Positions 7,734 through 18,950 of a DNA stretch of 64,000 nt are shown here, piece by piece. The notes below the pieces were generated by a model that did not search any database, was not told where the DNA came from, and saw only the letters and a list, made by a program, of their open reading frames with translations. Source of the DNA: a virus; the IMG/VR virus record IMGVR_UViG_3300044999_000022, positions 22,835-86,834 of that record. One strand, given 5' to 3'. The position numbers and the translations under genes are program-made. The stretch's first letter is position 1. Each line of letters opens with the position of its first letter.

Positions 7734-10700
7734 GTGGCTGGCGGTTTTAAGATAGCAGATGCGTACGTCGATGTCGAGGTTAACGAGGACACGCTCGATG
7801 CGGCGATTGCAGCTGCACAGGCGAAGCTGGCGGCCATTAAGGACCGCGCGGTTGCTGTCGGCCTGAGCAAGGAGTCCATGACGGCGTTGGCGGCGCAGAT
7901 CAAGGCCGTCAATGGAATGCTGGCTAATCTTAAGGGCCGCGCAGATATCAGCCTGAACGCCTCCGAGCTGATTGCGCAGATTGCGGCTATCCAGAAGCTC
8001 ATGGATAGCATACAGACGAAGTTCAACATCCAGGTTGACACAAAAGATCTATCGAGCGCGTTTAAGGACGTTGCACTAAGCGCAACCGCCGCCGGTGTAG
8101 CGGTCGTCACGATGGGCGACCGGACGGAGCAGACCCTTGGCACACTGTTCCCTGTGATGAGCCAGTGGATTCAAGGCTGGGGCGTCATGCGAGGGAACGT
8201 CCAGCTGTTCGCGGGCGTACTTACGCAGCTCGGCCTTCCAGCGTTTATCGCGTCTGCTTCAGCGCTCCATCTTATAGTTGACTCCGCATTTGAATTGGCG
8301 TCCGTCCTGATCCCTGCAACGATCGGGATCATAGCATTCGGACTTGCAGCAGCTCCGACGCTTGACGATATCGCGACAAAGATGAGGGCAGTCTGGGTAA
8401 CTTCAACCGCACTGCAGACTACCATCTACCCGCTGAGCGGCGCGTTTGCTCAGATGGAGAATGCTGTCAAGCCGGACGTCATCGAGGGGTTCGGTGAGGC
8501 GCTAGTCCTTGTTAATGACAAGACTGGCGAGTTTATCGCCCTTGCGAGGCAGGCGGGCACGGTTATACTGCAGCTAGAGACCCGCATGGTCACTGCGTTG
8601 GACTCGAGCGGTCTGAGCCAGTTTACCAAGAACGCTGCTCAGGACCTGTCCTTGCTCGGCAACATCATTGGCAACATCTTTGGCATTATCGGTAACTTGC
8701 TCCACGCGGTTCCAGGGTACGCTCAGGTCTTGTTTCAGGCGCTACAGAACTTTACAGGCGCGCTCGAGGCAATTACCTCAAACCCGATTGTGCAATGGAT
8801 CCTGCAGCTAGGACTAGCAGTTCACGGTGCGCTACTCTGGCTGGGTCTTGGAGCGACTGCCGCGGTATACTTCGGCAACGCGTTGATAGGACTGGCGGCG
8901 AAGTTCGGCTTGGCCGAAGAAGGCGCGCTAGCCTTTGACTCGATCCAGTTCGGTACCGGTCTGCTATTGATGTTCTCCTATGTTGGGGATCTTGCGGTTG
9001 CGCTAGTCACGTTTGCCGGCGCGGAAGATATTGCAACTGCTGCTACTGGATCCTTTGATGCGGCCCTAATAGTACTAGACGCTGTCAACCCGTTGGTTTG
9101 GGTTGGGGCGGTTGCGGTAGCACTAGGCGCCCTTATCTATTGGCTGACCCGGTCTACGTCCGCTACGCAGTCGTACAATACAGCCGTTAATTCGGCACTC
9201 CAGAATGCGCCGGTCAGCCAGTTTAGTATTGACCTGACGAAAGAGATGTCGGCTACCATTGGACAGCTATCAATTGCGCAGGTTCAGCTGGCCAATACCG
9301 CCAAGCCGCTAGCAGGCGGCACTCCGCAGCAGATCGAGCGGAGTACTGCAGCCTATCAGGCGCAAGTCAATGTCGTGAAAGGTTATCAGGGCGAGCTACA
9401 GACGCTCCAGACCTACCAAGGGAACTATAACACCCTGCTCAAGGCCTCCGGGAACAATCTTAGCTTTCTGAATACGGCCGGTATCACGTCGAACATGATT
9501 GTCGGCGCGAGCGCGCAGCAGCTGAAGGAATACGTCATCGAGGTCAAGGCTGCAGCTGATGCTCAGGAGGCCTTGGGGCTTGGGACCGGCCGAGCTGCAG
9601 CAGCGCAGAACGCGCAGACCAACATCTTCATGACGGAGACCGTTCCGGCACTGCAGAAGGTGACACAGGCCGAGACCGCAGTCATTACGATGATTACGGG
9701 CGGCCAGCTGGCTGTCGACAACTTCCAGCAGGGTATGGATACTCTGGCGCAGAACTTCATTGCGGCCTCTGGCAGCGGCGCTACGGTAACGTACACTCTG
9801 GACCACATTAAGAGCTCGGCGAACTCTGCAGGGGCTGCGCTAACTGGGACTAGCCAAGCCAGCTACGCGTTGAACCAGGCGTTCTATCAGCAGATTAACA
9901 ATGCACAGAGCGCTATCAACTCGCTACAGGGCATGGGGGCGAGTACCAGCGACCTCACACCTATCATTGGTACGATGGCCGCGCAGATGAAGGGGTTTGC
10001 AGGCAACAACGTCGAGGCGAATTCGACCATCGTTGCCTTGATCAATAACGCGCTTGGTCCTGGCACCGTTTCGCTTCAGACCTTGAATGGTTGGCTCAAG
10101 ACTAACAGTACCACGCTGCAGGGCATGGATGCGGATGTCGCAAAGATTACGATCGACGCAGCCGCGTTTGCCGGCGTGCTGAATCAGGACGTGAACGCGG
10201 CGCTGTCAGCGTCTATCATCCAGGCAGAGGGCGGCCAGAAGGCCTTTGACCAATTCGCGACAGGCGTCTATACCGGTAACACGGCCAGTAACACATTTAA
10301 GGCTTCGGGTGTACAGGTCATTTCGATGCTGCTCCAGCAGTCCGGTAATAGCTTGCCGAAGACGCGCAAGGCTTTCGAAGACTACACTAACAGCCTGGGG
10401 CTGAGCAAGGGCGCCTCAGACGCCCTGTGGACTTCGTTGAAGAATCAGTTGCTTGACCAAACGGCAACGAAGGCAGGGGAGACCCGATCAGCCTTTGTGC
10501 AATTCGCAACGCAGCTTGGCCTGACAAAGAAGGGCGCGGACAATCTGTGGGACTCGCTCCATAAACTAACCGGGGGCAGTCCATACAAGTTGAGCCTGAC
10601 CGAGACCGGTCAGGGTACATTCATCATTAACGGTAACGTCGCGCCTACGCCGTCCGGTGGAGTACCGCTTACCACTGCCGTAACACATCCTGCGCACGCC

Positions 10701-12314
10701 GCAGGCGGACGGATTCTGTTGGGGACAACCCCGACTGCAGATGACGTACTGATCCGGGTGTCCAAGGGCGAGACAGTACTGTCGGCTTATCACTCCGCGA
10801 TACTAGCTCCGCACCTCAAGAGGCTCGGTGTCCCTGGATACGCTGCCGGAGGCGTCCCGAACATCTCAGGGCAGATCTCCGCGCTAGCTGGCGCGACCCA
10901 GTCGGACTGGCAGGCCTTTGTTAACCAGATGACGCAGGCCATGGAAACGGCTATGACGTCCGCCATGAAGACGGCGCAGGCCGCAGCCCAGGCTGCCGCT
11001 AGCGCGGGTGGAGGCGTTGGCAGTGGTGCGGTTGCTAACAGTGCGCAAATCGCCGCGATTGCAGCAGCTCACGGCATTACTGGGGCGCAACTAACCGCGT
11101 TGCTGCAGGTCATCGCACGTGAGTCGGGCGGATCAACGACCGCGAAGAACCCGACCTCGGGTGCGTACGGTATTGCGCAGTTTATCAATGGACCTAGCGA
11201 GTACGCACAGTACGGCGGCAACGTTGGCACCGTTGCAGGCCAGGTTACCGCGATGATCAACTACATCCTACAGCGATACGGGTCGCCGGAGGCGGCTGAG
11301 GCGCATGAGGTTGCTTACGGCTGGTACGACAAGGGTGGGATGATTCCTCCCGGGTTGACGCTAGTGTCGAACATGACCAAGCAAAATGAAATGGTGCTGC
11401 CGGGCGCCGTGATCTCGCAGTTCCAAGACAGCCTAATCGCGATTCCGCATCCTATAACGATGCTGACGTCGGCTATCAAGGCGCTGACGACCGCGACTGC
11501 AAAGGCGTCGAGTACAGCGGCGGCTACGACTACGGCGACGACTGTAGCGAAGGCCGTGGCAACCGCGGTAACTAAGAAGCCGTCAGCTCCCGCTGAGACG
11601 ACGTTGTCTGCGGACGAGAAGAAGGCGAACGAGCTTCGTACCCAAATGGCATCACTGTGGAAGCTCATTCTCGCGGAGGCCAAGCAGGGAAATACAAAGA
11701 CTGCAGCCGCGAACGAAGCCTCCTATCGCAAGATGCAGGCTTCACTGAACAGTACAGAAGCCGCTATTAAGGCGGACAAGCAAGTCATCACAGAGCTGAA
11801 GGCACAGGTTGCTGCGGCCTCTACCGCTGCAAAGGCGGTCCGGGAGAAGATTGCAGAGACCGAGAAGCAGCTCCTAGCAGCTACTAAAGACGGTAACACG
11901 GCGGCGGCCGCTAAGGATGCCAGGAACTTGGCGGCCGAGGAGAAGCAGCTAACAGCGGCAAATCACCACTTGGCCGTACTAGAGGCCGAAGCTAAGGCGG
12001 CAGGCGCTACATCGACGAGCACGTCTTCGACTGCTAAGAAGGGCGTGACTCCTGTAGCCGTAACGTCGGTCGCAGCCTCTGCGATTCAGTACGTTCAGGA
12101 CAAGGCGGCAGAGGCCAGCCTACACAATATCAAGAGCGACCTGTCACAGCAGGTCCAGCAGCAGCTGGTGATCATAGCGGGGCTTAAGAAGTTGGACACC
12201 GATCTAGGCCAGGTGCTCGCGGCGATCAAGGCGAACACTGCCGCAGTTGCTGCGGCAGCGAAGTCCAGCGCTAGTACGGCTCAGAAGGCCCGGTATCCTC
12301 GAGGAGGTACGTAA
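7734..12314 (+). CDS. Tape measure protein with lytic transglycosylase domain
   Basis: 1526 aa, Ala-rich helical; GFKIADAYV start; RESGG...AYGIAQF...YI..RYGSP..A..H....GWY SLT motifs. Confidence 0.9.
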   Translation: MAGGFKIADAYVDVEVNEDTLDAAIAAAQAKLAAIKDRAVAVGLSKESMTALAAQIKAVNGMLANLKGRADISLNASELIAQIAAIQKLMDSIQTKFNIQVDTKDLSSAFKDVALSATAAGVAVVTMGDRTEQTLGTLFPVMSQWIQGWGVMRGNVQLFAGVLTQLGLPAFIASASALHLIVDSAFELASVLIPATIGIIAFGLAAAPTLDDIATKMRAVWVTSTALQTTIYPLSGAFAQMENAVKPDVIEGFGEALVLVNDKTGEFIALARQAGTVILQLETRMVTALDSSGLSQFTKNAAQDLSLLGNIIGNIFGIIGNLLHAVPGYAQVLFQALQNFTGALEAITSNPIVQWILQLGLAVHGALLWLGLGATAAVYFGNALIGLAAKFGLAEEGALAFDSIQFGTGLLLMFSYVGDLAVALVTFAGAEDIATAATGSFDAALIVLDAVNPLVWVGAVAVALGALIYWLTRSTSATQSYNTAVNSALQNAPVSQFSIDLTKEMSATIGQLSIAQVQLANTAKPLAGGTPQQIERSTAAYQAQVNVVKGYQGELQTLQTYQGNYNTLLKASGNNLSFLNTAGITSNMIVGASAQQLKEYVIEVKAAADAQEALGLGTGRAAAAQNAQTNIFMTETVPALQKVTQAETAVITMITGGQLAVDNFQQGMDTLAQNFIAASGSGATVTYTLDHIKSSANSAGAALTGTSQASYALNQAFYQQINNAQSAINSLQGMGASTSDLTPIIGTMAAQMKGFAGNNVEANSTIVALINNALGPGTVSLQTLNGWLKTNSTTLQGMDADVAKITIDAAAFAGVLNQDVNAALSASIIQAEGGQKAFDQFATGVYTGNTASNTFKASGVQVISMLLQQSGNSLPKTRKAFEDYTNSLGLSKGASDALWTSLKNQLLDQTATKAGETRSAFVQFATQLGLTKKGADNLWDSLHKLTGGSPYKLSLTETGQGTFIINGNVAPTPSGGVPLTTAVTHPAHAAGGRILLGTTPTADDVLIRVSKGETVLSAYHSAILAPHLKRLGVPGYAAGGVPNISGQISALAGATQSDWQAFVNQMTQAMETAMTSAMKTAQAAAQAAASAGGGVGSGAVANSAQIAAIAAAHGITGAQLTALLQVIARESGGSTTAKNPTSGAYGIAQFINGPSEYAQYGGNVGTVAGQVTAMINYILQRYGSPEAAEAHEVAYGWYDKGGMIPPGLTLVSNMTKQNEMVLPGAVISQFQDSLIAIPHPITMLTSAIKALTTATAKASSTAAATTTATTVAKAVATAVTKKPSAPAETTLSADEKKANELRTQMASLWKLILAEAKQGNTKTAAANEASYRKMQASLNSTEAAIKADKQVITELKAQVAAASTAAKAVREKIAETEKQLLAATKDGNTAAAAKDARNLAAEEKQLTAANHHLAVLEAEAKAAGATSTSTSSTAKKGVTPVAVTSVAASAIQYVQDKAAEASLHNIKSDLSQQVQQQLVIIAGLKKLDTDLGQVLAAIKANTAAVAAAAKSSASTAQKARYPRGGT

Positions 12315-12315
12315 A

Positions 12316-15300
12316 ATGACCGACTCGCTCATCATTGGGAACGCGATAGAACTCATCGGGGAAGTACCGTCAGTAAACCCGTTGTGCCTGGGAGCGATCT
12401 ACGGCATTAGCTCGGAGGCGCATAGCGGCGGCGGTGAGTTGGGCGCGGACATGGGTAACCTTAGTCTCGGCGCTCCACAGCCTACTACGGACTTCGTCGC
12501 GTCCTTGATCCTAGATGGAGAGCGCCCGTTTGGGCGGCGAGCTAGTAACCGAACAATAACGCTGCCGATAAGTATCAGGGCTACGAGCAGGAACACCCTG
12601 GTAGCTGCGCGAGAAGTGCTGCTACACACTGTCGATCAGGATATCTGGACGCTGACCTGGACACATGATCCCGGACCAGGCGGCACGCCGCTCCCATTGG
12701 TCATTGACTGCTTCCGGGCCCAGCCGACGGTCGCTGCATACAGCCTCATCGACGAGGGTCAGTACTTCATGCAGTTGGGGTTGACGATCCCGGCCAAGCC
12801 GTACGCCCGGTCAGATAAGCAGTCCCAGATCAGCTTTGCATCACCAGCTCCCATACCGTCACTAGCTCCGCCGCCTCCTCCCGCGCCCGTTACGATTGAC
12901 ACGTTCTCGACAATATCAAGCGGTCTGTGCAGGCAATCGACGCAGTGTGTCGTCGGACCGAACACGCTGGTATGGGACCCTGATACTTTTGGCGATCCGG
13001 GCGGCCAAGTAACGCCGTTTACCTATACGGCGACGCTACCGTCTCCGGTGGACATAACCGGGATGACTGCGCTGCAGTTCTGGCTGGGGCTGGGTAGCCG
13101 GTACTATACTAATCTGGAGTATCAAGGCAGGACTAACGGAGCGGACATCTACGTTACCCTGACCGACATAAACGGGGTCACGCTCCCGGTATCGCGCAGT
13201 CATGTACGCGCTCCTATAAGTCCGACATCGCAAGTTCCGGTCTTCTCAAGGATCAGCATTCCGCTTCCGAACGGGTTCCCGCTCTTTGACTACAGACACG
13301 TTGCTTCCTACAACATCTTTATGTGCAACCGCCAGGACAGAGGACAGCGCCGCTTCTCCTGGTGCACCGTATATATAGATAACGTTGTTACGCTCCCCTC
13401 GAGCCAGACAGTCTCACCGGCAGTGCGCGGATTCGTCTATACTCTATACGGACTACAGGGCACGGCTAGAGCGTTGATCTCAGGAGCGTTTCAGCAGCCC
13501 CCGACTCCCGGGACACCGACTACGATAACCTCTACAGGAGTTGGGGCATACACGGTTCCTGCGAACACTGCGTTCCTAAAGGTGGAGGGAATCGGGGGTG
13601 CCGGCGCCGGGGCGAGCATGACCGTCTCTGGATTCGGTGGTGGTGGCGGAAGTGCTGAGTACTCCCGCGAGAATGTCTTTCCTTGCCAGCCTGGTGATGT
13701 TATCCCGTATAACGTAGGCGCAGGAGGCACTCCTGGAGCAGTTCCTGTTAATGGCGGTCCGACAGTCTTTGGTCCGAACGGTGCTAACCCGCTTGTCCTG
13801 ATTGCCAACGGCGGATTCTCGGCCGCCCAGAACTCGACCATTGGAGGCCTTCCCGGTACCGGGTCGACGAACAGCGTTCATTTCTCTGGGGCGCAAGGAC
13901 GGACTGCTAGTGGTTCGGTAGGCGGCGGCGGAGCGAGCTCCGGCGGGAACAGCTCAGCTGGCCAGTCGCCGCAGGGGACCATGAACACGACATTCACTAC
14001 TCCAGGCGTGAATGTCTGGGTATGCCCCGCTGGAGTGTTCCAGGTATATGCGCAGCCTACCGCCGGAGGCGGTTCTGGTGCGACTGGTGGGAGCGGGCTG
14101 CGGGGTAGTGCTGGTGGCGGTGGAGAGTCTGCTGGCGGCTTTGCTAACACTACGCCCGGCAATAGCTACAACGTAGTCGTTGGCGCTGGGGGCGCTAGCG
14201 TATCTGGAACAGACGTTAACGGCAATCCCGGACTGGCGTCGTCGTTCCCCGGCGATAACGTTACGATCGCAGCGAACCCGGGTCAGGGCGGGACTCCAGG
14301 GTCGTACTTCAGCGGTAACAATGGAGGGCTAGGCGGTTTTGGAAGTACGGCCCCCACACACTTTCCTGGGGGCCAAGGCGGGCGGTCGTCCCCCTATGAA
14401 GGCGGCGGAGGGTCGTCTGCAGGCACCAGCTCCGCAGGCAATCCTGGTGATGGATACGGTGACGGCGGACCGGCGCCATCTGGTGGAGGCTCAGGCGGCC
14501 AAGGCCCAGGAGGACCCGGTTCGACTCCGGGCGGCGGCGGCGCTGGATCGCCGAACTCGTCCGCTTCAGGCGCAGGAGCTACCGGACAAGTCGTACTGAT
14601 CTATCCAGGCGGGGCACCTACAAATAACGGCGCAGCTGCGGTGGCCGGCGGAGGTGCTGGCGGAGCTGGTGGCGGATCGGCGAACACTCCTGGAGCAGCG
14701 GGGAGCCAACCGGGAGGTGCAGGCGGCGGCGCGGACTCTTCAGGAACACCTGAGGCTGGTGGGGTTGGCGGAGCCGGCCAGTTGATCATTACGCCGTACC
14801 AGAGCGCCCCGTTCAAGAACCTGATCGTCCACCGCCCGCCGCTCGGTACTCCTACCACTTTCCAGCCTATGGTGTCGGTCGGTGCGGGAAGCGATGCCCC
14901 CGATGGGACGCACGAGTATCGGATGCCGCAGTTGTCATCCGGAGTCAATGCAGACTTCGGAGGCACCTATACCATTTACTTGATCAACGCGACATGGTCC
15001 GGGAGCACGAGCCGCCAGATTACGGTTACTGTTAACCAGTATGAGTATCCGGGGGGTCCGAAGTACAGCGTTTCCACACTGCCGATCACGATCACGCCCT
15101 CCCAGGTCATTAACGGTGTAGTCACTGCTGGAGTGCTTACGCTGCCAATAAAGGCTGTCCCTCCGGACAATACGGGTAGCTACTTTACGGTAACCCCGTT
15201 TGACTCGAACAGCTCGGACCGTTTCTATGACTGCCTCTTCCTGGATACGATGGGTGAGTCGGTTATTGTCAACGAACCGACACAGGGATATGTTACCTAC

Positions 15301-15528
15301 TACGCAGATGCACCGCTACCGAACTATGACCTCGGATTGATCTTGGGCAGCCAGAACGGACGCGCGAACGCAATTAGCGTCCTCGACGCAACGATCCTGT
15401 CAGGAGGCGCCTTGACTATCGAGCCTGCCGACGGCGACAACCAGTTGTTCGCCTACTCTGCCGACGGGCTGGCTCCGGCCATCGCGTTCAACTACTATCC
15501 GTACTGGTTCTTCGACAGGTACCAGTGA
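12316..15528 (+). CDS. Minor tail protein (distal-tail-like) with large Gly-rich insertion
   Basis: GAGGAGG RBS before ATG 12316; directly follows TMP; NRTITLPI motif; GGGG(G/A)-rich central domains. Confidence 0.7.
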   Translation: MTDSLIIGNAIELIGEVPSVNPLCLGAIYGISSEAHSGGGELGADMGNLSLGAPQPTTDFVASLILDGERPFGRRASNRTITLPISIRATSRNTLVAAREVLLHTVDQDIWTLTWTHDPGPGGTPLPLVIDCFRAQPTVAAYSLIDEGQYFMQLGLTIPAKPYARSDKQSQISFASPAPIPSLAPPPPPAPVTIDTFSTISSGLCRQSTQCVVGPNTLVWDPDTFGDPGGQVTPFTYTATLPSPVDITGMTALQFWLGLGSRYYTNLEYQGRTNGADIYVTLTDINGVTLPVSRSHVRAPISPTSQVPVFSRISIPLPNGFPLFDYRHVASYNIFMCNRQDRGQRRFSWCTVYIDNVVTLPSSQTVSPAVRGFVYTLYGLQGTARALISGAFQQPPTPGTPTTITSTGVGAYTVPANTAFLKVEGIGGAGAGASMTVSGFGGGGGSAEYSRENVFPCQPGDVIPYNVGAGGTPGAVPVNGGPTVFGPNGANPLVLIANGGFSAAQNSTIGGLPGTGSTNSVHFSGAQGRTASGSVGGGGASSGGNSSAGQSPQGTMNTTFTTPGVNVWVCPAGVFQVYAQPTAGGGSGATGGSGLRGSAGGGGESAGGFANTTPGNSYNVVVGAGGASVSGTDVNGNPGLASSFPGDNVTIAANPGQGGTPGSYFSGNNGGLGGFGSTAPTHFPGGQGGRSSPYEGGGGSSAGTSSAGNPGDGYGDGGPAPSGGGSGGQGPGGPGSTPGGGGAGSPNSSASGAGATGQVVLIYPGGAPTNNGAAAVAGGGAGGAGGGSANTPGAAGSQPGGAGGGADSSGTPEAGGVGGAGQLIITPYQSAPFKNLIVHRPPLGTPTTFQPMVSVGAGSDAPDGTHEYRMPQLSSGVNADFGGTYTIYLINATWSGSTSRQITVTVNQYEYPGGPKYSVSTLPITITPSQVINGVVTAGVLTLPIKAVPPDNTGSYFTVTPFDSNSSDRFYDCLFLDTMGESVIVNEPTQGYVTYYADAPLPNYDLGLILGSQNGRANAISVLDATILSGGALTIEPADGDNQLFAYSADGLAPAIAFNYYPYWFFDRYQ

Positions 15529-15529
15529 T

Positions 15530-17689
15530 ATGACAGCTCCTGTTCAGACCGTCGCAGGCAATAGTACTAGTAGCGGTACCCTGACGCTAACACTAGCGAG
15601 CAATATTACTCCCGGCAATACTCTTGTTTTCTGTGTAGCCGGTATCGATGCCAACCAGACCCCAGACCCGCCGGCTCCCTCCTCCGGCAGCGATACTTTT
15701 TTGCTAGCAACGGGGACTACCTCTGGAGCGGCCGCCTCAATTTGGTATGTACTGTCTTCTGGAGGCGGCTACAAGTCCGTTTCCATTACGAATACGGCTG
15801 GCGGTTCTGAGGGCATAGCAGGCTGGCTCTACGAGATGCCTACCGCAAGCGCGCTCGATCGAACAGCGTTCAACGGCGGGACCGGCGGCAGCTCGTTCAA
15901 CTCGAGCGCGACTAGTACTACAGCACAGGCGTCCGAGTTCGCTATCGGGGTCGGAACAGGTGATAATGGGACCGGCGCGTCGACTGCTACCGGTCCCAGC
16001 TCGCCGTGGACGAACCTCGCGCATGAAGATCCTGAATGGACCCCGGGTCCGTCGTGGACCCCGTCAGTATCTGGCTGGCTATCCCTGTCCTCTACGCAGA
16101 CAGTTACTTACTCAGGTACACTGTCTACTACCCAGTTCGTCTGGGGCGCGTGTGTCGCTACCTTTAAGGTCGGCGGGACGCACAGCGGAACCTCAACCTT
16201 GAGCGGGTCTGGGTCGCTGACAGGAATGGGAGACTTCGCCGGATCGGGAAGTCTTTCGGGCACCGGGACGCTCGGCGTCTCAGGGATCTTGCTAGGAACG
16301 GGAGCACAGCTAAGCGGTTCGGGTACTCTGCAGGCCACGATCATCGGGACGCAGCAAGAGACGGCCACCTTTGTAGGCTCGGGTACGCTAACGGCCGCCT
16401 CAGTTGGAGTCGTCCCTGGAGCCGGAGCGCTCAGCGGCCAAGGTACTCTAGGGGGCAAGCTGACCCTAGGGTTCAAGGAAGGCTTGTCTGGTGTTGGGAC
16501 TCTAGGACTTATCGGAGCCGGCGGCGTCGCTGCGTCCGCCGGCTTCGATACCACGTATGCGTTCCCGGGGACCAGCCAGGTTGCGGTAGCCGCACCAGGG
16601 TCCAGTTTCTGGTACTATCTGGGGTCGCTTGGTGTAGTAACGGCACTAACATACAGCTTTGTCTGCCCTGGCGGCTGCGACCAGATGACGGCGACTATAA
16701 TGGTGCCCGCCGAGTATCGTACACAGCTGTTCGACGTTGGATGGCGGGTCCGGATTTACCGCGGAGGCCATACTGTATGGACGGGAAAGCTAGATGAGCC
16801 CCAACCTAGTGCGGATGGCTGGACGCTTACCGCGGTCGGTGACGGCAATCGTGGAACGGACTTCGTAGCATACTATACCGATACCTGGCCTATAGGGCAG
16901 CCCGACGAGGCGGTCAATCTAGCGATCGCACGCGGATTGCCTTGGAACAATCCGGGTATCGGGACTCCGTCCGGGATGTGGCTCGGACAGGAAGTCGACT
17001 CCGGAGCACAGACGGTCACTGACCTGCTCAACCTGGTGTGTACTCGAGGCGGCTTGACCTGGTATGTAAACAGCCAGCCGGGCGGCCCTCCCGGCCCTGA
17101 CCTATCAGTGTTCCCCCTGCCGATGACAGTCAATCGCGTGATCGTTTCTACCAATCCAGCACCACGGTCGCTCGGCGGGGACATCAACACGATCTTTATA
17201 CGGTATGAGGTCTCGGCCGCCTCGTCAACTGTTAGTGGCAGTACAGCTATCTACGGGACTACTATGGTCCAGAATGCGGCCTCGGTGGCTGCTCACGGCG
17301 AGCTAGAAGCGTACCTTGACCTGTCCAGCGCCAACGTTATGACGCAGGCAGCTGCACAAGCGGTCGGCAACTATGTTCTAGGCATCTATCAGCGGGCCAG
17401 CTTCACGGGACCGTTTACCGGTCGTCATGGACAGTTGCTCAACGTCGGAGGCCAGCCTATCGATCCGGGTACTGATCAGGCCGGCACTGTTGCGCGTCTT
17501 GTCCTCACGGACTTTGCCTATGGAGGCGAGGTCACTCCCCAGTTCCCGGTTACGTTTATCGTCGGTAACTACGGTTGGGACGACTTCGCGCAGCAATTTA
17601 CGGCTACGCCGTATCAGGCCCTAGACGAGTCGATATCCGGACTGCTGTCTATGGAGTCGACAGTGCTTACACCAATAACGACGAACTAG
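15530..17689 (+). CDS. Minor tail / baseplate hub protein
   Basis: LSGxGTL repeats then PGGC...VRIYRG...VWTGKL hub-like region. Confidence 0.65.
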   Translation: MTAPVQTVAGNSTSSGTLTLTLASNITPGNTLVFCVAGIDANQTPDPPAPSSGSDTFLLATGTTSGAAASIWYVLSSGGGYKSVSITNTAGGSEGIAGWLYEMPTASALDRTAFNGGTGGSSFNSSATSTTAQASEFAIGVGTGDNGTGASTATGPSSPWTNLAHEDPEWTPGPSWTPSVSGWLSLSSTQTVTYSGTLSTTQFVWGACVATFKVGGTHSGTSTLSGSGSLTGMGDFAGSGSLSGTGTLGVSGILLGTGAQLSGSGTLQATIIGTQQETATFVGSGTLTAASVGVVPGAGALSGQGTLGGKLTLGFKEGLSGVGTLGLIGAGGVAASAGFDTTYAFPGTSQVAVAAPGSSFWYYLGSLGVVTALTYSFVCPGGCDQMTATIMVPAEYRTQLFDVGWRVRIYRGGHTVWTGKLDEPQPSADGWTLTAVGDGNRGTDFVAYYTDTWPIGQPDEAVNLAIARGLPWNNPGIGTPSGMWLGQEVDSGAQTVTDLLNLVCTRGGLTWYVNSQPGGPPGPDLSVFPLPMTVNRVIVSTNPAPRSLGGDINTIFIRYEVSAASSTVSGSTAIYGTTMVQNAASVAAHGELEAYLDLSSANVMTQAAAQAVGNYVLGIYQRASFTGPFTGRHGQLLNVGGQPIDPGTDQAGTVARLVLTDFAYGGEVTPQFPVTFIVGNYGWDDFAQQFTATPYQALDESISGLLSMESTVLTPITTN

Positions 17690-17699
17690 GGAGGTTCGC

Positions 17700-18170
17700 A
17701 TGCGAAGGGTTCTTTTGGTCCTGATCGTCTTGCTAGCAGTCCGGCTGATACCGAAAGTGCTCCGGAAAGAAGCTCTCGTACTAGAGCTGCTCATGCTGCT
17801 GGTACAAGTGAGTGCGCTGGCCGCCAAGAACACTTCCAAAGCAACCTCAACAGAGCAGCGCACTACGGCCCTAGAAGCGCGAACTAGCGCTACGGCGGTC
17901 AAGGTGTCTAATGTAGTGGCCGGTAAGACTGGCTTCGCAAACGCCCTCGGTTACGGGCCTACTAGTACTGCTAACATCGGTACGACTAGTGGTCCCGATA
18001 GTGGAGGTACCGGTTTCTATAGCTTCTCTACCGGGCCGCAAATCGGCGGCGCAGCGGCCCACGTACACAACGGCACCCTTCCCAATCTGCCGAGTGCGAC
18101 CCACATTCACGACTTCGGCGGGCATACCCACGACTTTGGCGGTCACAAGCACCCGAGCACAGGCGGGTAA
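17700..18170 (+). CDS. Tail fibre/needle-like protein with HxH motifs
   Basis: Hydrophobic N-terminus, short coiled coil, C-terminal HVH, HIH, HTH, HKH. Confidence 0.5.
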   Translation: MRRVLLVLIVLLAVRLIPKVLRKEALVLELLMLLVQVSALAAKNTSKATSTEQRTTALEARTSATAVKVSNVVAGKTGFANALGYGPTSTANIGTTSGPDSGGTGFYSFSTGPQIGGAAAHVHNGTLPNLPSATHIHDFGGHTHDFGGHKHPSTGG

Positions 18171-18206
18171 ACCCATTCGGTCACGTAACCAGATAGGAGA
18201 ACTGTA

Positions 18207-18476
18207 ATGCTAGTCAGGTGTAAGATCGGCGGCGAGATGATCGACGCCCCCGAAGGGCAGGACGCGCACAGGGTGCTGGATCTCTCCGGCTGCTCGCACT
18301 GCGTAGACAACCACCCCCTGGAGGTGAGCTGTCGGGAGACTGCGGCAGCTTGTCCTCGCACTCATATGGGACCGTGTTGGAATCCTCCGAACGTCCCCGA
18401 ACGGCCGGCTGGCTGTACTGTCTGCCGCCCGATCCTGTTCCTGCCGAACGTCAACCTGATCTTCGACGGGGTTTAG
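18207..18476 (+). CDS. Small Cys/His-rich protein
   Basis: AGGAG RBS; CxHC and CxxC motifs. Confidence 0.55.
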   Translation: MLVRCKIGGEMIDAPEGQDAHRVLDLSGCSHCVDNHPLEVSCRETAAACPRTHMGPCWNPPNVPERPAGCTVCRPILFLPNVNLIFDGV

Positions 18477-18485
18477 GAGCCATCC

Positions 18486-18944
18486 ATGGCTAACATGTCT
18501 GATCAGACCTGGGTCAACTGGATACTTCAGGCCTGGTTTAGCGGTACCACGGTCGTTACGTTCACTCCAGGGACGAGCGGCGGAGCTGCTATGGTCATCA
18601 GCCCTCCGTACCACCTGAGGCTGATGACCACACAGGGTTCCAACACGTCCAACGGTACCGAGGCAACCTCGGGTAACTGCCCAGGATACACCGCTGGTGG
18701 CTCCACTCTCGGTGCGCAGTTCTGCGTCACCCCGTCTGGAGGACAGCAGACCAACACGAACTCGGTGTCGTGGAGCGCGACCGGTGGGTGGACGGCAATT
18801 CCGTCCATCGAGGTCTGGGACACTGCAGCGACGCCGCTTCGTAAGCTGCAAGGAGCGTTGTCGAGCAGTATCACCGGCGTGACCAACGGCGATACTGTGC
18901 AGTTCGCGGTGGCCGCAATTACCGTGAATGCTTCGGCCTGGTAG
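18486..18944 (+). CDS. Putative tail-associated protein
   Basis: L.L.T..G.....GTE...GY...TN...W.....EVWD...GAL....V..GD..QF pattern of small phage tail proteins. Confidence 0.55.
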   Translation: MANMSDQTWVNWILQAWFSGTTVVTFTPGTSGGAAMVISPPYHLRLMTTQGSNTSNGTEATSGNCPGYTAGGSTLGAQFCVTPSGGQQTNTNSVSWSATGGWTAIPSIEVWDTAATPLRKLQGALSSSITGVTNGDTVQFAVAAITVNASAW

Positions 18945-18950
18945 GCGTAG

